Shown in pieces: positions 63,744 to 64,000 of a stretch of 64,000 nt of DNA (the first letter of the stretch is position 1; the number at the start of each line of letters is the position of its first letter). The notes below the pieces were generated by a model. The model made no database searches. It worked only from the letters and a program-made list of their open reading frames with translations, and was not told the origin of the DNA. Location: contig CATKAP010000212.1 of the NCBI GenBank assembly GCA_949746255.1, positions 1,689 through 65,688 on the forward strand, written 5' to 3'. The DNA is from an uncultured bacterium (GTDB lineage Bacteria > Bacillota > Clostridia > Christensenellales > Borkfalkiaceae). A program made the translations under genes and the position numbers.

Positions 63744-64000
63744 AAGATAAAATCTCCCACCTAATATATATGAGAGAATTATTCAAAACAGAACAAGAAA
63801 AAATGTCGCACTTTATCTTTCGACAAAATGCGACAAAATTTTTTGATGCTTGTGGCCGGACTTAAACCTGCACGGTATCTCTACCGAGGGATTTTAAGGC
63901 ATTTGCGTCAAAAATCGAGATTAACTAAAACCATTAAAATAAGGGCATTTTTAGCCGAAAACAGCCTAAAAACGCCCCAAAATCAAACTTTTTACCTATT

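Noticed and set aside
63851-63905. A tRNA-like fragment on the minus strand (CTCGGTAGAG ... GCAGGTTTAAGTCCGGC resembles D-arm and T-arm sequences).
   Set aside because: It has no complete cloverleaf. There is no anticodon arm of proper length, the T-stem has a mismatch and there is no acceptor stem or CCA context. At most it is a degenerate tRNA remnant or att scar, and it is too close to the window edge to judge.

Overview
This 64-kb window is almost entirely coding, and 15 of the 16 genes I can support lie on the minus strand. About 43 kb (67%) belongs to four paralogous genes for giant cell-surface repeat proteins: B (826 aa), A (6371 aa), C (3209 aa) and D (3915 aa after start correction). 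All four share a conserved adaptor (KLT+NW ... DLNGY.LDRNL) followed by a Gly/Asn-rich parallel-beta-helix-like repeat region and long arrays of Ig/MBG-like modules. A, C and D also carry 1, 3 and 2 N-terminal head modules ending in RPAFHLNL, which B lacks. B, A and D end in a C-terminal TM anchor. Between the giant genes lie three other blocks. (i) A lone tyrosine recombinase and a divergent tandem-HTH XRE regulator sit immediately upstream of the 19-kb gene. The promoter of that gene is bracketed by 27-nt inverted repeats, which makes it a candidate phase-variable inverton. (ii) A four-gene glycoside-hydrolase operon encodes two domain-permuted, doubly membrane-anchored GH3 enzymes, a Big_2/CBM-like lipoprotein and a GH10 xylanase lipoprotein. 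(iii) A LytTR response regulator and an AgrC-like (HPK10) histidine kinase are driven by a perfect consensus promoter. The left edge carries a partial transglutaminase-core secreted protein that is absent from the supplied ORF track. The right edge carries small HAD and NUDIX hydrolases and an AT-rich three-gene islet. Shine-Dalgarno sequences (GGAGG-type), lipoboxes, LytTR/AgrC signalling and intrinsic terminators suggest a Firmicutes/Clostridia-like host, but that assignment is low confidence. I found no rRNA, convincing tRNA, CRISPR array or transposase. All domain names come from motif recognition by eye and need HMM confirmation.
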